A program made the position numbers and the translations under genes. A stretch of 64,000 nt of DNA, taken from Clostridia bacterium (GTDB lineage Bacteria; Bacillota; Clostridia; UMGS1883). Every line of letters begins with the position of its first letter. Within the stretch, counting starts at the first letter, position 1. The notes under the pieces were generated by a model. That model made no database searches, was not told where the DNA came from, and saw only the letters and a program-made list of their open reading frames with translations. This document shows positions 52,251-63,489 of this stretch, in pieces. The stretch is taken from contig JAZORN010000094.1 of NCBI GenBank assembly GCA_045656645.1, positions 8,522 to 72,521 of the forward strand. The letters are read 5' to 3'.

Positions 52251-53005
52251 TTATGCTGAATATATTTAAAAGGTTATTACCTAAAACACAGCAAAAAGTG
52301 GACTTTGAAAATTTACCGCAACATATCGGTATAATTATGGACGGGAATGGCCGCTGGGCAAAAAAACGCGGCCTACCCCGTACAAGCGGTCATGTTGCAG
52401 GGGCAAAGACTTTTGAAAAAATAGTCGAAGATGCAGGAAATATCGGTATAAAGGTTGTTACGGTATATGCCTTTTCTACGGAAAACTGGCAACGCCCGAA
52501 GGAAGAGGTTGATGCACTTATGAATCTTCTGGAGGATTACCTTGACAACGGACTTTCCCGCCTTGCAGGGCGTGATGTAAGAGTCCATTTTATAGGCGAT
52601 AGAAGTGCCTTTTCCGACAAGTTTCAAAAAAAGCTTTGTCATATGGAAAAGGCCACTATGAATAACAGTGGTCTTTTACTTAATGTTGCACTTAATTACG
52701 GCGGCAGAAATGAACTTACAAATGCCGTTAAATTAATCGCGCAAAAGGTTAAGGATGAAACACTTTCATACGAAGATATTACAGAGGAGACAATTTCTTC
52801 ATATCTTTATACAGCAGGACAGCCGGACCCTGACCTTATTATAAGACCGAGCGGAGAATTCAGGCTTAGCAATTTTCTGATGTGGCAGGGTGCATACAGC
52901 GAACTTTGGTTTTCTGACTGTCTGTGGCCTGATTTTACAAAAGAGGATTTACTTCGTTCAATTTATGACTATCAGCAAAGAAACAGAAGATTTGGCGGAG
53001 TATAA
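52247..53005 (+). CDS. uppS: Isoprenyl transferase (undecaprenyl diphosphate synthase)
   Basis: HIGIIMDGNGRWA motif. 252 aa. Confidence 0.9.
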   Translation: MIMLNIFKRLLPKTQQKVDFENLPQHIGIIMDGNGRWAKKRGLPRTSGHVAGAKTFEKIVEDAGNIGIKVVTVYAFSTENWQRPKEEVDALMNLLEDYLDNGLSRLAGRDVRVHFIGDRSAFSDKFQKKLCHMEKATMNNSGLLLNVALNYGGRNELTNAVKLIAQKVKDETLSYEDITEETISSYLYTAGQPDPDLIIRPSGEFRLSNFLMWQGAYSELWFSDCLWPDFTKEDLLRSIYDYQQRNRRFGGV

Positions 53006-53030
53006 TATTTCCCCGAAAGGACGAAATCTT

Positions 53031-53837
53031 ATGAAACAGCGACTAATTAGTTCTTTTTTTGCAATAATATTACTTATATTGGTTGTATTCAGCAATCAGT
53101 ATGTTTTTGACGTTGCAGTTGTACTTATTTCAGCAATGGGTATTTTTGAGGTTATAACAGCACTTGGGCTTTCCCAATACAAAATTATGACTTCAATAAG
53201 CGTATTGATGCCTCTGGTATTTATGCTTATATCTTATTTTGCGTGGGAATATGCTTTTGCAGCAGTGTTTCTATTTGTAGCAGCATACCTGCTCGTTATG
53301 CTTTTCGACCACAAAAGATATTCCTTTACTACAGCGGCAATGTTTATGATGATTTCCTTAATGGTAACTTTTGCATTTATCCACGTGTCACTGACAAGGC
53401 ATCTTGCAAACGGAATCTTGAATATTTTTGTAATATTCATAGGCTCCTGGATTACTGACACGTGTGCGTATTTTACAGGGCTTGCTATTGGAAAGCACAA
53501 GCTTGCACCGTCTGTAAGTCCCAAGAAAACCATTGAAGGCTCGATCGGCGGAGTTGTAGGTGTAACTGTAATTCTTGCCGCATATGCTGCCGTTTTTGGA
53601 AATATAATAGATAGTATAACGGCGAATGTTTCCGCTGCAGTTTGCATAGGATTAATATGCGGTGTTATTTCGCAGTTTGGAGATCTTTGTGCATCTGTTA
53701 TCAAAAGAGAAAACAATATAAAAGACTTTGGAAAGATTATGCCCGGTCACGGCGGTGTGATGGATAGGTTTGACAGTTTTATTTTTGTTGCACCTGTTGT
53801 CTATTACTTTTTAAATTCTTTTCCGATTTTTATATAA
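53031..53837 (+). CDS. cdsA: Phosphatidate cytidylyltransferase
   Basis: Multi-TM product with the CTP-transferase signature near the C-terminus (KRENNIKDFGKIMPGHGGVMDRFDS). Start placed at ATG 53031. Confidence 0.8.
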   Translation: MKQRLISSFFAIILLILVVFSNQYVFDVAVVLISAMGIFEVITALGLSQYKIMTSISVLMPLVFMLISYFAWEYAFAAVFLFVAAYLLVMLFDHKRYSFTTAAMFMMISLMVTFAFIHVSLTRHLANGILNIFVIFIGSWITDTCAYFTGLAIGKHKLAPSVSPKKTIEGSIGGVVGVTVILAAYAAVFGNIIDSITANVSAAVCIGLICGVISQFGDLCASVIKRENNIKDFGKIMPGHGGVMDRFDSFIFVAPVVYYFLNSFPIFI

Positions 53838-53852
53838 AAGCAGGTAATTCAA

Positions 53853-54992
53853 ATGAAAAACATATCAGTATTAGGTTCAACGGGTTCTATCGGTACACAA
53901 ACTCTTGAGGTAGTTGACAAAACTAACGATTATATAATATCTGCACTGACAGCACATTCAAATGTGGGCTTAATTGAAAAACAAATAAGAAAATATAAGC
54001 CAAAGCTTGCTTGTATGACTGATGAAAAAGCCGCAAACGACCTAAAGGTTCGTGTCGCAGATACAAACGTAAAGGTTTTATCGGGAATAGAGGGTGTGTG
54101 CGAATGTGCAGCAATTGACGAAGCCGAGGCTGTTGTAACGGCTATAGTTGGAATAGCAGGTCTTAAACCAACATTAAGTGCCATTTTCTGCGGTAAAAGG
54201 ATTGCGCTTGCAAATAAGGAAACACTTGTAACGGCTGGAGAAATAGTTATGGCAGAAGCAAAAAAACACGGCAGTGAAATTATCCCCGTTGACAGTGAGC
54301 ACAGTGCAATTTTTCAATCAATTTCAAATCAGCAAAAATTCCTGAAAAGAATAATTATTACGGCATCAGGCGGACCTTTTTTCGGAAAAAGTAAAGAAGA
54401 ACTAAAAAATATTACCCCCGAGATGGCTCTGAAACATCCTAACTGGAGTATGGGGGCAAAAATTACGATAGACAGTGCTACCCTTGTAAATAAGGGACTT
54501 GAAATTATTGAGGCAATGCACCTTTTTGGACTACCTGCAGATAATATCATACCGATTATTCACAGAGAAAGCATTGTTCATTCAATGGTGGAATTTTGCG
54601 ACTCAAGTGTGATTGCGCAAATGGGTGTTCCGGATATGAAACTTCCAATCAGCTATGCTCTGTCATACCCTGAAAGAACTGTGCCCGTGTGCGACACACT
54701 TGACCTTGTAAAGGTCGGCACACTAAGCTTTTTCGATGTTGATAATAAAACCTTTCCTGCAATTACTCTTGCAAAAGAGGCTGCAAAGAAAGGCACAATT
54801 ATGTGCAGTGTGTTTAATGGCGCAAATGAAGCGGCAGTGGAGCTTTTCCTGAATGGTAAATGCTCTTTTACAGACATTACCGAATTTATTGAAATTGCAA
54901 TGAGTAAAGCACCAAAAATAGAAAACCCGTCGCTTGATGATATATTTATGGCAGATGATTTTGCCAGAAAAATAGTAAAGGAATGTGTTTAA
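53853..54992 (+). CDS. dxr: 1-deoxy-D-xylulose 5-phosphate reductoisomerase
   Basis: ISVLGSTGSIGTQTL NADPH motif. 379 aa. Confidence 0.9.
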   Translation: MKNISVLGSTGSIGTQTLEVVDKTNDYIISALTAHSNVGLIEKQIRKYKPKLACMTDEKAANDLKVRVADTNVKVLSGIEGVCECAAIDEAEAVVTAIVGIAGLKPTLSAIFCGKRIALANKETLVTAGEIVMAEAKKHGSEIIPVDSEHSAIFQSISNQQKFLKRIIITASGGPFFGKSKEELKNITPEMALKHPNWSMGAKITIDSATLVNKGLEIIEAMHLFGLPADNIIPIIHRESIVHSMVEFCDSSVIAQMGVPDMKLPISYALSYPERTVPVCDTLDLVKVGTLSFFDVDNKTFPAITLAKEAAKKGTIMCSVFNGANEAAVELFLNGKCSFTDITEFIEIAMSKAPKIENPSLDDIFMADDFARKIVKECV

Positions 54993-56009
54993 TTGGCAAT
55001 TCTGATTACAATTATTGGTTTTGGTATAATGGTATTTCTTCACGAACTTGGTCATTTTATTGCTGCCAAGCGTTTTGGTGTGCTTGTACACGAATTTGCT
55101 ATCGGTATGGGACCAAAGCTCGTTTCCTTTGGAAAAGGAGAAACTAAATACTCGCTGAGATTACTTCCGATTGGAGGGTATGTGCGCCTTGAAGGCGAGG
55201 GAGAGCTTGATGAAAATGATAATCCACGCTCTTTTTCAAATCTTGTACCTATAAAGAGGATTATAATACTTTTTGCAGGTGCATTTATGAATATACTTCT
55301 CGGATTTTTACTCTTTACGTTTATAAATCTTAACGCAGGAATTGTTCCTGCTGTAATAGAGTCTATACCGCAGGAATATTCGGCAGAACAAACCCCTTTT
55401 ATAAAAGGAGACGAAATATTAAAGCTTGATAACACTAAAATCCACACCTTTGATGATGTTTCTCTTTTTATGAGCAGGTGTGACGAAGAGATATCCGTTA
55501 CAATTAAACGTGACGGTCAAGTTAGGGAAATTACAAATTTTAAACCTTTTAAGACAGACTACGGGTATAAGCTGGGAGTTGTTTTTGAAACAAAAAAAGG
55601 AAACTTTTTTGAATGTGCAGAATTTGCAGTGTACGATACTATTTATATAACAAAGGCAGTTATATTTGCACTTGGCAACCTAATAAGCGGAAGAGTAGGA
55701 ATAAACTCTCTTTCCGGCCCCGTTGAAATAGTATCTGTTGTAGGATCGGTAGCATCAACACAAAGTGACTACACATTTATTTCGGTATTGATGCTCTTTG
55801 CTATGATTACCGTTAACCTTGGTGTATTTAATTTATTGCCGTTTCCCGCACTTGACGGCGGAAGCATAATTTTTGCATTGTATGAGCTTATTACAAAGCG
55901 AAAAGTTAAAAGTGAAATTGTCGGTTATGCAAGTATGATTGGTTTTGCACTTCTAATGATTTTAGCCGTTATAGTAACGGTGGGAGATATTACAGATTTG
56001 ATAAAATAA
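54993..56009 (+). CDS. rseP: RIP zinc metalloprotease RseP (site-2 protease)
   Basis: HELGHF zinc motif. A PDZ domain and the LDGG motif. TTG start. Confidence 0.8.
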   Translation: MAILITIIGFGIMVFLHELGHFIAAKRFGVLVHEFAIGMGPKLVSFGKGETKYSLRLLPIGGYVRLEGEGELDENDNPRSFSNLVPIKRIIILFAGAFMNILLGFLLFTFINLNAGIVPAVIESIPQEYSAEQTPFIKGDEILKLDNTKIHTFDDVSLFMSRCDEEISVTIKRDGQVREITNFKPFKTDYGYKLGVVFETKKGNFFECAEFAVYDTIYITKAVIFALGNLISGRVGINSLSGPVEIVSVVGSVASTQSDYTFISVLMLFAMITVNLGVFNLLPFPALDGGSIIFALYELITKRKVKSEIVGYASMIGFALLMILAVIVTVGDITDLIK

Positions 56010-56031
56010 CGCTTGAGAGGATTGATTTTAA

Positions 56032-56469
56032 ATGAGCAGAGCTCTTGCACGTGAAGATGCGTTTAAGTTGGTTTTTGAAATGAAGATTTCAGATATATCA
56101 GCAGAAGATGCACTCAACTATCTATATAAAACAGTGGAAAAATCTAACGAAATGTGGGCACAGGAATTTGTTTCTGCTGCAAGCCGCAAATATATTGAAG
56201 GTGTTGTAAAGGGCATCCGTGAAAAAGAAGAGGAAATTAATGCAATAATTGAGGGAAAGCTTAAAGACTGGACAATACAGAGAATTTCAAAAGTGAACCT
56301 TGCCCTCTTACAGCTTTCCATTTATGAAATCAAGTATATGGATGATATTCCATATAAAGTTTCAGCAAATGAGGCGATAAAGCTCGCAAAGGAATATGGG
56401 GGAAATGAATCGGGTGCGTTTATAAACGGTGTGCTTGGTGCAGTAATTAATGAGCTTGAAGGGAACTGA
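56032..56469 (+). CDS. nusB: Transcription antitermination factor NusB
   Basis: 145 aa. All-helical NusB fold signature (ARE..ALKLVFE...). Confidence 0.8.
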   Translation: MSRALAREDAFKLVFEMKISDISAEDALNYLYKTVEKSNEMWAQEFVSAASRKYIEGVVKGIREKEEEINAIIEGKLKDWTIQRISKVNLALLQLSIYEIKYMDDIPYKVSANEAIKLAKEYGGNESGAFINGVLGAVINELEGN

Positions 56470-56473
56470 TGAT

Positions 56474-57685
56474 ATGAGCGACTCCAGAAGAATTGCCACT
56501 GTATCGCAGATTAATAACTACATAAAAGCACTTTTAGACCAAATGCCGGTTTTGCAAAATATTTGGATTAAGGGTGAGATAAGTAATTTCAAACGCCATT
56601 CATCAGGGCATTTATACTTAACCTTAAAAGACGGCGGAGCGGTTCTTAAGGCAGTAATGTTCAGAAATGCGGCTGCTAATCTGAAATTCGATCCCACCGA
56701 CGGAACAAAAGTGCTTGCACGCGGAAGAATAAGTGTTTATGAAGCGGGCGGACAGTATCAGATGTATATTGAGGAAATGGAAGCTGACGGCTTGGGTGAT
56801 TTATATGCAAAATTTGAAGCACTCAAAAAACAACTTTCAGAGGAAGGGTTATTTGACGAAGACAGAAAAAAGCCAATTCCCAAATTTCCTGAAACAATCG
56901 GTATTGTTACAAGTCCTACGGGCGCGGCTATCCGTGATATGATAAACGTAATAAAACGCAGATGTCCTATGGTGAAGGTAATAATCTACCCTTGCCTTGT
57001 CCAGGGCGAAAATGCTGCACAAAGCATAGCGGCAGGAATAAAATATTTTAATGAAAATAAAAAAGTTGATGTCATTATTTCAGGCAGAGGAGGCGGCTCA
57101 ATTGAGGATTTATGGGCGTTTAATGAAGAAATTACTGCCCGCAGTGTTGCCGCATCTGAAATACCGGTTATTTCAGCAGTAGGTCACGAGGTTGATTTTA
57201 CAATATGTGATTTTGTGGCGGATTTACGAGCACCAACTCCATCTGCTGCTGCAGAGCTTGCGGTGCCTGATATTCTTGAACTACGAAAGTTTACAGATAC
57301 GGCAAAGGTAAGAATGGCAACACTTTTGAGAAATAAGCTTGATGCGCAGGTAAAGCACTTTGAACTGCTTTCTTCACGAAGCTCACTCAGGCAGTTTGAC
57401 AGAGTACTTTCCGACAAGGCACAAACAATAGATGCATTATATGACAGATGTGTTCTTTCGTATAAAAACACTGCTGAAAGCCTTAATGAAAAATTTAAGG
57501 CGTTATGCGGAAAGCTTTCTGCATTAAGTCCGATAGCAATATTTGAAAGAGGCTATTGCAGTGCACAAAAAGACGGAAAAACGATAAATAGTATTTCGCA
57601 GATAGAAGAGGGCGACAATATAAGCTTGAGATTAACCGACGGTGAAGCTTTATGCAACGTCACTCAAAGGAGGAATTTAAAATGA
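56474..57685 (+). CDS. xseA: Exodeoxyribonuclease VII large subunit
   Basis: OB-fold N-terminus, about 400 aa, and an xseB gene follows. Confidence 0.85.
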   Translation: MSDSRRIATVSQINNYIKALLDQMPVLQNIWIKGEISNFKRHSSGHLYLTLKDGGAVLKAVMFRNAAANLKFDPTDGTKVLARGRISVYEAGGQYQMYIEEMEADGLGDLYAKFEALKKQLSEEGLFDEDRKKPIPKFPETIGIVTSPTGAAIRDMINVIKRRCPMVKVIIYPCLVQGENAAQSIAAGIKYFNENKKVDVIISGRGGGSIEDLWAFNEEITARSVAASEIPVISAVGHEVDFTICDFVADLRAPTPSAAAELAVPDILELRKFTDTAKVRMATLLRNKLDAQVKHFELLSSRSSLRQFDRVLSDKAQTIDALYDRCVLSYKNTAESLNEKFKALCGKLSALSPIAIFERGYCSAQKDGKTINSISQIEEGDNISLRLTDGEALCNVTQRRNLK

Positions 57686-57894
57686 AATTTGAAGAAGCGA
57701 TGAAACAGCTTGAAGAAACGGTAAAACAGCTTGAGAGTGGCGAAACAACTCTTGAAGAATCAATGGAGCTTTTTGAAAAAGGGGTAAATCTTTCAAGAAC
57801 TTGCCAGAAATTACTTGCAGACGCTCAGCTTAAGGTTACAAAGCTTATAAGCGAAACGGGTGAAGAAGTAGAGTTTGATACGGAGAATATGTAA
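57682..57894 (+). CDS. xseB: Exodeoxyribonuclease VII small subunit
   Basis: 70 aa helical protein (FEEAMKQLEETVKQLESGE). Confidence 0.8.
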   Translation: MKFEEAMKQLEETVKQLESGETTLEESMELFEKGVNLSRTCQKLLADAQLKVTKLISETGEEVEFDTENM

Positions 57895-58757
57895 TGAATT
57901 TTAATGTTTGCTTTAATAATTATGTAAATGAGATTAATAATTATCTCAAAGATGCACTTACAGACCGAAAAGGTTTGATATATGATGCAATGGGGTACAG
58001 TCTGTATGCAGGAGGAAAACGCATACGCCCTATGTTATCCCTTGCGTGCTGCGATGCACTTGACGGAAATCACTCTGCAGCACTTGTATATGGAAGTGCA
58101 ATTGAAATGATACATACATATTCATTAATTCACGATGACCTTCCATGTATGGATGATGATGATTTAAGGCGGGGAAAGCCGACAAACCATATCGTTTACG
58201 GTGAAGATACTGCCGTTCTAGCAGGTGATGCACTACTCAATTATGCATGCGAGAGTATTGTTTCAAAAAATATGCTACCGCCAGAACTCTCACTTAAAGC
58301 ACTTAATATCATTTACAGTGCATCAGGAGCAGAGGGAATGATTGGCGGACAGATAATGGATATGCTCGCTGAGAAAGAGGCACCTGATGCGCAAACTCTT
58401 AATCTTCTGCATTCTAAAAAAACAGGTGCACTAATACGTGCGGCAGCATCTGTGGGTGCATTAAGTGCAGGAAAAGATGAAAATTTATTTAATGATTATT
58501 CATCATCACTCGGTCTTGCTTTTCAGATACGTGACGATATTCTTGATATTGAAGGCGATGCCGAAAAATTCGGAAAACCTATTTTAAGTGATGAAAAAAA
58601 CAATAAAACCACCTATGTTACGCTTTATGGAATTGAAGAGGCGAAGAAAAAGTTAAGCGATGAAACACAAAAAGCAATAGCTTCAATAGAATTTTTAGGC
58701 GAAAAGGGTGAATTTTTAAGAGAGCTTGCACTGTATTTATTAAACAGAGAAATTTAA
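57894..58757 (+). CDS. ispA: Polyprenyl synthetase (farnesyl/geranylgeranyl diphosphate synthase)
   Basis: First DDxxD is [16 protein letters not shown]. Second is FQIRDDILD. Confidence 0.8.
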   Translation: MNFNVCFNNYVNEINNYLKDALTDRKGLIYDAMGYSLYAGGKRIRPMLSLACCDALDGNHSAALVYGSAIEMIHTYSLIHDDLPCMDDDDLRRGKPTNHIVYGEDTAVLAGDALLNYACESIVSKNMLPPELSLKALNIIYSASGAEGMIGGQIMDMLAEKEAPDAQTLNLLHSKKTGALIRAAASVGALSAGKDENLFNDYSSSLGLAFQIRDDILDIEGDAEKFGKPILSDEKNNKTTYVTLYGIEEAKKKLSDETQKAIASIEFLGEKGEFLRELALYLLNREI

Positions 58758-58771
58758 CTAAGGAGCATATT

Positions 58772-59842
58772 ATGTTCAATAAATTAGCATTTATAGAAGA
58801 AAGATATGAAGAGCTTTCACAGAAAATCAGCGATCCTCTGGTTATAGCTGACCAAAACAGATGGAGAAAGCTGTGCAAAGAAAATTCCGACATTACTCCC
58901 ATTGTGGAAAAATACAGAGAGTACAAAACAGCAAAAACAGCAATTGAAGATGCGAAAGAAATGCTTCAGGATAATCCTGATAAGGATTTTGAAGAAATGC
59001 TGCAATTGGAAATTGAGGAAAATAAAGAAAAGATTACTTCTCTTGAGGAAGAGCTTAAAATACTACTTCTTCCCAAAGACCCTAATGATGAAAAGAGTGT
59101 AATTGTTGAAATCCGTGGAGGCACGGGCGGAGAAGAGGCGGCACTTTTTGCGGGGGCACTTTTTAGAATGTACAGTATGTATGCCGAAAACAGAAACTGG
59201 AAAATTGACATAATGAACTCCAATCCGACAGAGCTTGGGGGTTACAAGGAAATTACCTTTACAGTTGAGGGAGCAGGTGCATACAGCCGCCTTAAGTACG
59301 AAAGCGGCGTTCACAGAGTACAAAGAGTTCCTGAAACAGAATCGGGCGGAAGAATTCATACAAGTGCCGCAACGGTAGCGGTGCTTCCCGAAGTTGAAGA
59401 AGTTGAGCTTGAAATCAATCCAAATGATTTAAGAATAGATGTTTTCCGTGCAGGTGGTCCCGGCGGTCAGTGCGTAAATACTACAGACTCTGCCGTTCGT
59501 GTAACGCATATTCCCACGGGTCTTGTTGTTTCTTGTCAGGATGAAAAAAGTCAGCACAAAAACAAGGATAAGGCTCTTAAGGTGCTTCGCAGCCGTTTGT
59601 ATGAGTTTTTAGAGGCTCAGCGAAATGATGCAATAAGCCGTGAGAGAAAAAGTCAGGTGGGAAGCGGCGACAGAAGCGAAAGAATACGCACATATAATTT
59701 CCCGCAGGGAAGAGTAAGCGACCATAGAATTAATCTTACACTTTATAAAATAGATTCTATTATGAACGGGGAGCTTGATGAAATTATTGACTCGCTTATA
59801 ACGCATTTTCAGAGTGAAAGACTTAAAAATACACAAGAGTGA
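58772..59842 (+). CDS. prfA: Peptide chain release factor 1
   Basis: GGQ motif (AGGPGGQ) and a PxT-type tripeptide in [14 protein letters not shown]. 356 aa. Confidence 0.85.
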   Translation: MFNKLAFIEERYEELSQKISDPLVIADQNRWRKLCKENSDITPIVEKYREYKTAKTAIEDAKEMLQDNPDKDFEEMLQLEIEENKEKITSLEEELKILLLPKDPNDEKSVIVEIRGGTGGEEAALFAGALFRMYSMYAENRNWKIDIMNSNPTELGGYKEITFTVEGAGAYSRLKYESGVHRVQRVPETESGGRIHTSAATVAVLPEVEEVELEINPNDLRIDVFRAGGPGGQCVNTTDSAVRVTHIPTGLVVSCQDEKSQHKNKDKALKVLRSRLYEFLEAQRNDAISRERKSQVGSGDRSERIRTYNFPQGRVSDHRINLTLYKIDSIMNGELDEIIDSLITHFQSERLKNTQE

Positions 59843-59854
59843 TATTGAAAGGAA

Positions 59855-60826
59855 TTGAATGAAATGGAAGCACGCCGAGGAAAAGTTAAGCTTGAAAAAA
59901 TAATTAAAGAATTTCATCTGGAAGTTGTATATGCACCGGAAAACATTGACGATATTCTTATAGAATGCAGTGACGTACACAGACCGGGAATTCAGCTTAG
60001 TGAACAGTATTATGACTATTTTGACAGCGACAGAATACAGATATTAGGAAAAGTAGAAAACTATTTTATGATAAAAAAGAGCGTGGAGGAGCAAAAGCTT
60101 GCATATGATAAGCTTATGCAGACGGGCATACCTGCAATTGTAATTACCAGAAAGCTTAATGTTACGGAAGAGCTTTTTGAAAGTGCGAAGAAATACTCTG
60201 TTCCGCTTCTTAGAACAGAAGAAAGTACATCTGCATTTATGGCGGCTCTTATTGCATTTCTTAACGTATCACTCGCACCGACAATCACACGTCACGGTGT
60301 TCTTGTTGAGGTATATGGTGAGGGCGTACTGCTTCTTGGTGAAAGCGGAGTAGGTAAGAGCGAAACTGCCGTTGAACTTATAAAAAGAGGTCACCGTCTT
60401 GTAGCTGACGATGCAGTAGATATTAAAAGGGTTTCAGCAAAAACGCTTGTCGGAAGCTCTCCTGAAATAATACGACATTTCATCGAATTAAGAGGTATAG
60501 GCATCATAGATGTCAGAAAAATTTTTGGTATGGGTGCCGTAAAAAACACAGAAAACATTAATCTCGTAATAAATCTCGAGCTCTGGCAGCAGGGCAAAAA
60601 TTACGAGCGTTTAGGACTTGATAAAGAGGTGACGAATATCCTCGGTATAGACATTCCATCTCTTACCGTCCCTGTAAGACCGGGAAGAAACCTCGCAGGT
60701 ATTATTGAAATTGCGGCAATGAACCACCGTCAGCAGAATATGGGATATAACGCGGCAGAGGAACTTAGCGAAAGACTTACCAAGCAGATGAACGGTATTG
60801 AAATGACGGGGAAAGATTTATTCTGA
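59855..60826 (+). CDS. hprK: HPr kinase/phosphorylase
   Basis: P-loop GESGVGKSE. About 320 aa. Confidence 0.85.
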   Translation: MNEMEARRGKVKLEKIIKEFHLEVVYAPENIDDILIECSDVHRPGIQLSEQYYDYFDSDRIQILGKVENYFMIKKSVEEQKLAYDKLMQTGIPAIVITRKLNVTEELFESAKKYSVPLLRTEESTSAFMAALIAFLNVSLAPTITRHGVLVEVYGEGVLLLGESGVGKSETAVELIKRGHRLVADDAVDIKRVSAKTLVGSSPEIIRHFIELRGIGIIDVRKIFGMGAVKNTENINLVINLELWQQGKNYERLGLDKEVTNILGIDIPSLTVPVRPGRNLAGIIEIAAMNHRQQNMGYNAAEELSERLTKQMNGIEMTGKDLF

Positions 60827-60843
60827 TAGGAAGGGTATAGGCT

Positions 60844-61737
60844 ATGATTGAAAAACTGTGCGAAGTAATTGACCAAAGCAGAATAAAAAGAAATGTTTCA
60901 ATGTCAAACCTTACAACATTTAAAACAGGCGGAAATGCAGATATGGTAATTTATCCGCACACTACAGAGGAACTAAAGAATGTCGTTAAGTTCTTTTATG
61001 AAGCACGATTACCATATTATGTATTGGGTAACGGCAGTAACCTTCTCGTAAGTGATGACGGTATAAAAAAGCCAATTATCTGCATTGGCAGAGAGTTTTC
61101 GTCTATCGAAGTATTTGAAAACTGCATAACCGCAAAGGCAGGTGCTTTTTTATCTTCGATTGCAAAAAAGGCATATGACGAATCTCTTACAGGTTTTGAA
61201 TTTGCCGCAGGAATTCCCGGTACACTTGGCGGTGCATTGATAATGAATGCGGGTGCATATGGCGGTGAAATGAAAGACGTTGTTGAGGCGGTAAGCTTTA
61301 TTGATCCATCAGGAGAAGAATATGTTGTAAGTGGCGAAGAAATGGAGTTTTCTTACCGTCACAGTGCTCTTTCTGATACTGATTGCATCATTACAGGTGC
61401 AACAATCAAGTTGGAATGTGGAAACAAAGAAGAAATCGCAGAAAAGATGGCAGACCTTGCAGCAAGGCGTCGTGAAAAGCAGCCCCTCGAGTTTCCGAGT
61501 GCAGGAAGTACATTTAAGCGTCCACAGGGGTATTTTGCAGGCGCACTTATTGAAGAAGCAGGTCTAAAAGGAAAAACCATAGGCGGTGCACAGGTAAGCT
61601 CTAAGCACAGTGGATTTATAATTAATACGGGAAATGCAACAACAAAAGATATTTTAGAGCTTATTGACTTTGTCAGAGAAAAGGTATATGAAAAACATTC
61701 TGTATTACTTGAAACAGAAGTCAAATACTGGAGCTAA
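60844..61737 (+). CDS. murB: UDP-N-acetylenolpyruvoylglucosamine reductase
   Basis: FAD-binding N-domain. 297 aa. Confidence 0.8.
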   Translation: MIEKLCEVIDQSRIKRNVSMSNLTTFKTGGNADMVIYPHTTEELKNVVKFFYEARLPYYVLGNGSNLLVSDDGIKKPIICIGREFSSIEVFENCITAKAGAFLSSIAKKAYDESLTGFEFAAGIPGTLGGALIMNAGAYGGEMKDVVEAVSFIDPSGEEYVVSGEEMEFSYRHSALSDTDCIITGATIKLECGNKEEIAEKMADLAARRREKQPLEFPSAGSTFKRPQGYFAGALIEEAGLKGKTIGGAQVSSKHSGFIINTGNATTKDILELIDFVREKVYEKHSVLLETEVKYWS

Positions 61738-61743
61738 GAAATT

Positions 61744-62601
61744 ATGAGATTTGTAATAATCACCGGAATGAGCGGTGCAGGAAAAACGCAGGTTATGCAT
61801 TTTCTTGAAGATACAGGCTATTATTGTATTGATAATATGCCTGTTGCATTTTTATTGCCTTTTGCGAAAATGTGTAATGACGAATGTGATAAATTTAATA
61901 ATGTAGCAGTAGTTGTGGATATTCGAAGCGGTGATGCACTTCTTGAGATAGGCACTGCACTTGATGAATTCAGAAAGAACAGCCTTAAATATGAAATACT
62001 TTTTCTCGAGGCAGATGAAAGTGTTATTGTAAAACGTTATAAGGAAACCCGCAGAAAACACCCACTTGCGCCCGACGGCAGTATAGAAGACGGTATTCAT
62101 ATTGAGAGGGACAAGCTTTCTTTTCTTCGTGAAAATGCAAATAAAATAATAGACACGTCACAACTTCTTACCCGTGAGTTAAAGCAGCTAATATATGAAT
62201 TTTACGGTGATGAAGAAGCTCGCAATTATTTTCATGTACAAGTACAGTCATTTGGGTTTAAGTATGGTATTCCACGTGATGCAGATTTGGTTTTTGATGT
62301 CAGATTTCTGCCTAATCCCTTTTATGTGCCTGAGCTAAGAGCGCAAAACGGAACAGAGAAAGATGTATCGGAGTTTGTTCTTAAATATAAACAATCAAGT
62401 CAGTTTTTAGATAAGCTTGATGATATGCTGACAATGCTTATTCCTCATTATATCGAAGAAGGGAAGAGTGAGCTTGTTATTGCAATAGGCTGCACGGGAG
62501 GAAAACACCGTAGCGTTACCATAGCCGAAGAAACTTTTAAAATGTTAAAAAGCAAGAAAATAAAAGCAGTAATTCGCCACAGAGATATAACTAAGGATTG
62601 A
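61744..62601 (+). CDS. rapZ: RNase adapter protein RapZ (YvcJ, P-loop)
   Basis: ITGMSGAGKT Walker A. 285 aa. Confidence 0.85.
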   Translation: MRFVIITGMSGAGKTQVMHFLEDTGYYCIDNMPVAFLLPFAKMCNDECDKFNNVAVVVDIRSGDALLEIGTALDEFRKNSLKYEILFLEADESVIVKRYKETRRKHPLAPDGSIEDGIHIERDKLSFLRENANKIIDTSQLLTRELKQLIYEFYGDEEARNYFHVQVQSFGFKYGIPRDADLVFDVRFLPNPFYVPELRAQNGTEKDVSEFVLKYKQSSQFLDKLDDMLTMLIPHYIEEGKSELVIAIGCTGGKHRSVTIAEETFKMLKSKKIKAVIRHRDITKD

Positions 62602-63488
62602 TAAATATGGCTACCTTTTCAAGTATGGTTAAAACTGAATTATGTGAAGTAAAGTTCAGCGAAAGTGATGCAAGGGCAGAGCTTGCTGCAATGATGCTTT
62701 TTGGTGAAAATCTCGAAGACGGGCAAGTTGTTTTAAAAACAGATAAAGCTGAAACAGCCGCAAGAATTCAAAGCCTTTTAAAAAAAGCACTAAAAGAAGA
62801 GCTTTCAATAGATATACTAAAAGGCAGAAAAGCTTACTCAATTTCAATTTCTGATGATATAGCAGAGAAAGCCGGCGTTTATTTTTCTGATGATGGCGAA
62901 ATTGCACTTGATGAAGATGTATGCGCTGAGGATTCTTCGCGCAGGGCATTTCTAAGGGGCGCATTTGTAATCAGCGGAACTATATCTGACCCTAAAAAAG
63001 GATACGATTGCGAGCTTTTAACATATAACGAAAATATGGCTTATTTTGCAACAGAGCTTCTCGAAGAGTTTGGAATAAAGGCAAATATTGTAAAACGCAA
63101 TAACTTTTATGTTACTTATTTAAAGGATACAAGCAGTATAAGCGACTTTTTAAATATAGTTGGTGCACATAAGCTGATGATGGATTTTATGGTTACTCAA
63201 ATTGAAAAGGATTTTAATAACCGTGCAAACCGCACTTCCATCTGTAAAGCCGCAAACCTTGACAAGACTATTGCCGCATCAGCCCAGCAGTGTAAAGCTA
63301 TTTTAAATCTTCAAAAGCTTCCCGTATGGCAGACTTTAGACGAAGATACAAAGACGCTTGCTATGCTTCGCCTTGACAATGTAGATATGCCTCTTTCTGA
63401 ACTTGGCAGAAAGATGTCACCCCAGATGTCTAAAAGCAGCGTTAACAGACGTATGAAAAAGCTTATTGATTTAGCGGAGGATTTGTAA
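62598..63488 (+). CDS. whiA: Sporulation/cell-division transcription regulator WhiA
   Basis: N-terminal LAGLIDADG-like domains and a C-terminal HTH. Follows rapZ. Confidence 0.7.
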   Translation: MINMATFSSMVKTELCEVKFSESDARAELAAMMLFGENLEDGQVVLKTDKAETAARIQSLLKKALKEELSIDILKGRKAYSISISDDIAEKAGVYFSDDGEIALDEDVCAEDSSRRAFLRGAFVISGTISDPKKGYDCELLTYNENMAYFATELLEEFGIKANIVKRNNFYVTYLKDTSSISDFLNIVGAHKLMMDFMVTQIEKDFNNRANRTSICKAANLDKTIAASAQQCKAILNLQKLPVWQTLDEDTKTLAMLRLDNVDMPLSELGRKMSPQMSKSSVNRRMKKLIDLAEDL

Positions 63489-63489
63489 A

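Noticed and set aside
53234-53716. 160-aa minus-strand ORF within cdsA
   Set aside because: Antisense to a conserved membrane enzyme gene.
58772-59842. RF1 stop-recognition tripeptide reads PET (RVPETESGG) rather than the textbook PAT or PVT
   Set aside because: I cannot verify from memory whether PET is common in Firmicute RF1. TGA, TAA and TAG all serve as stops in this window, so nothing suggests a recoded genetic code.
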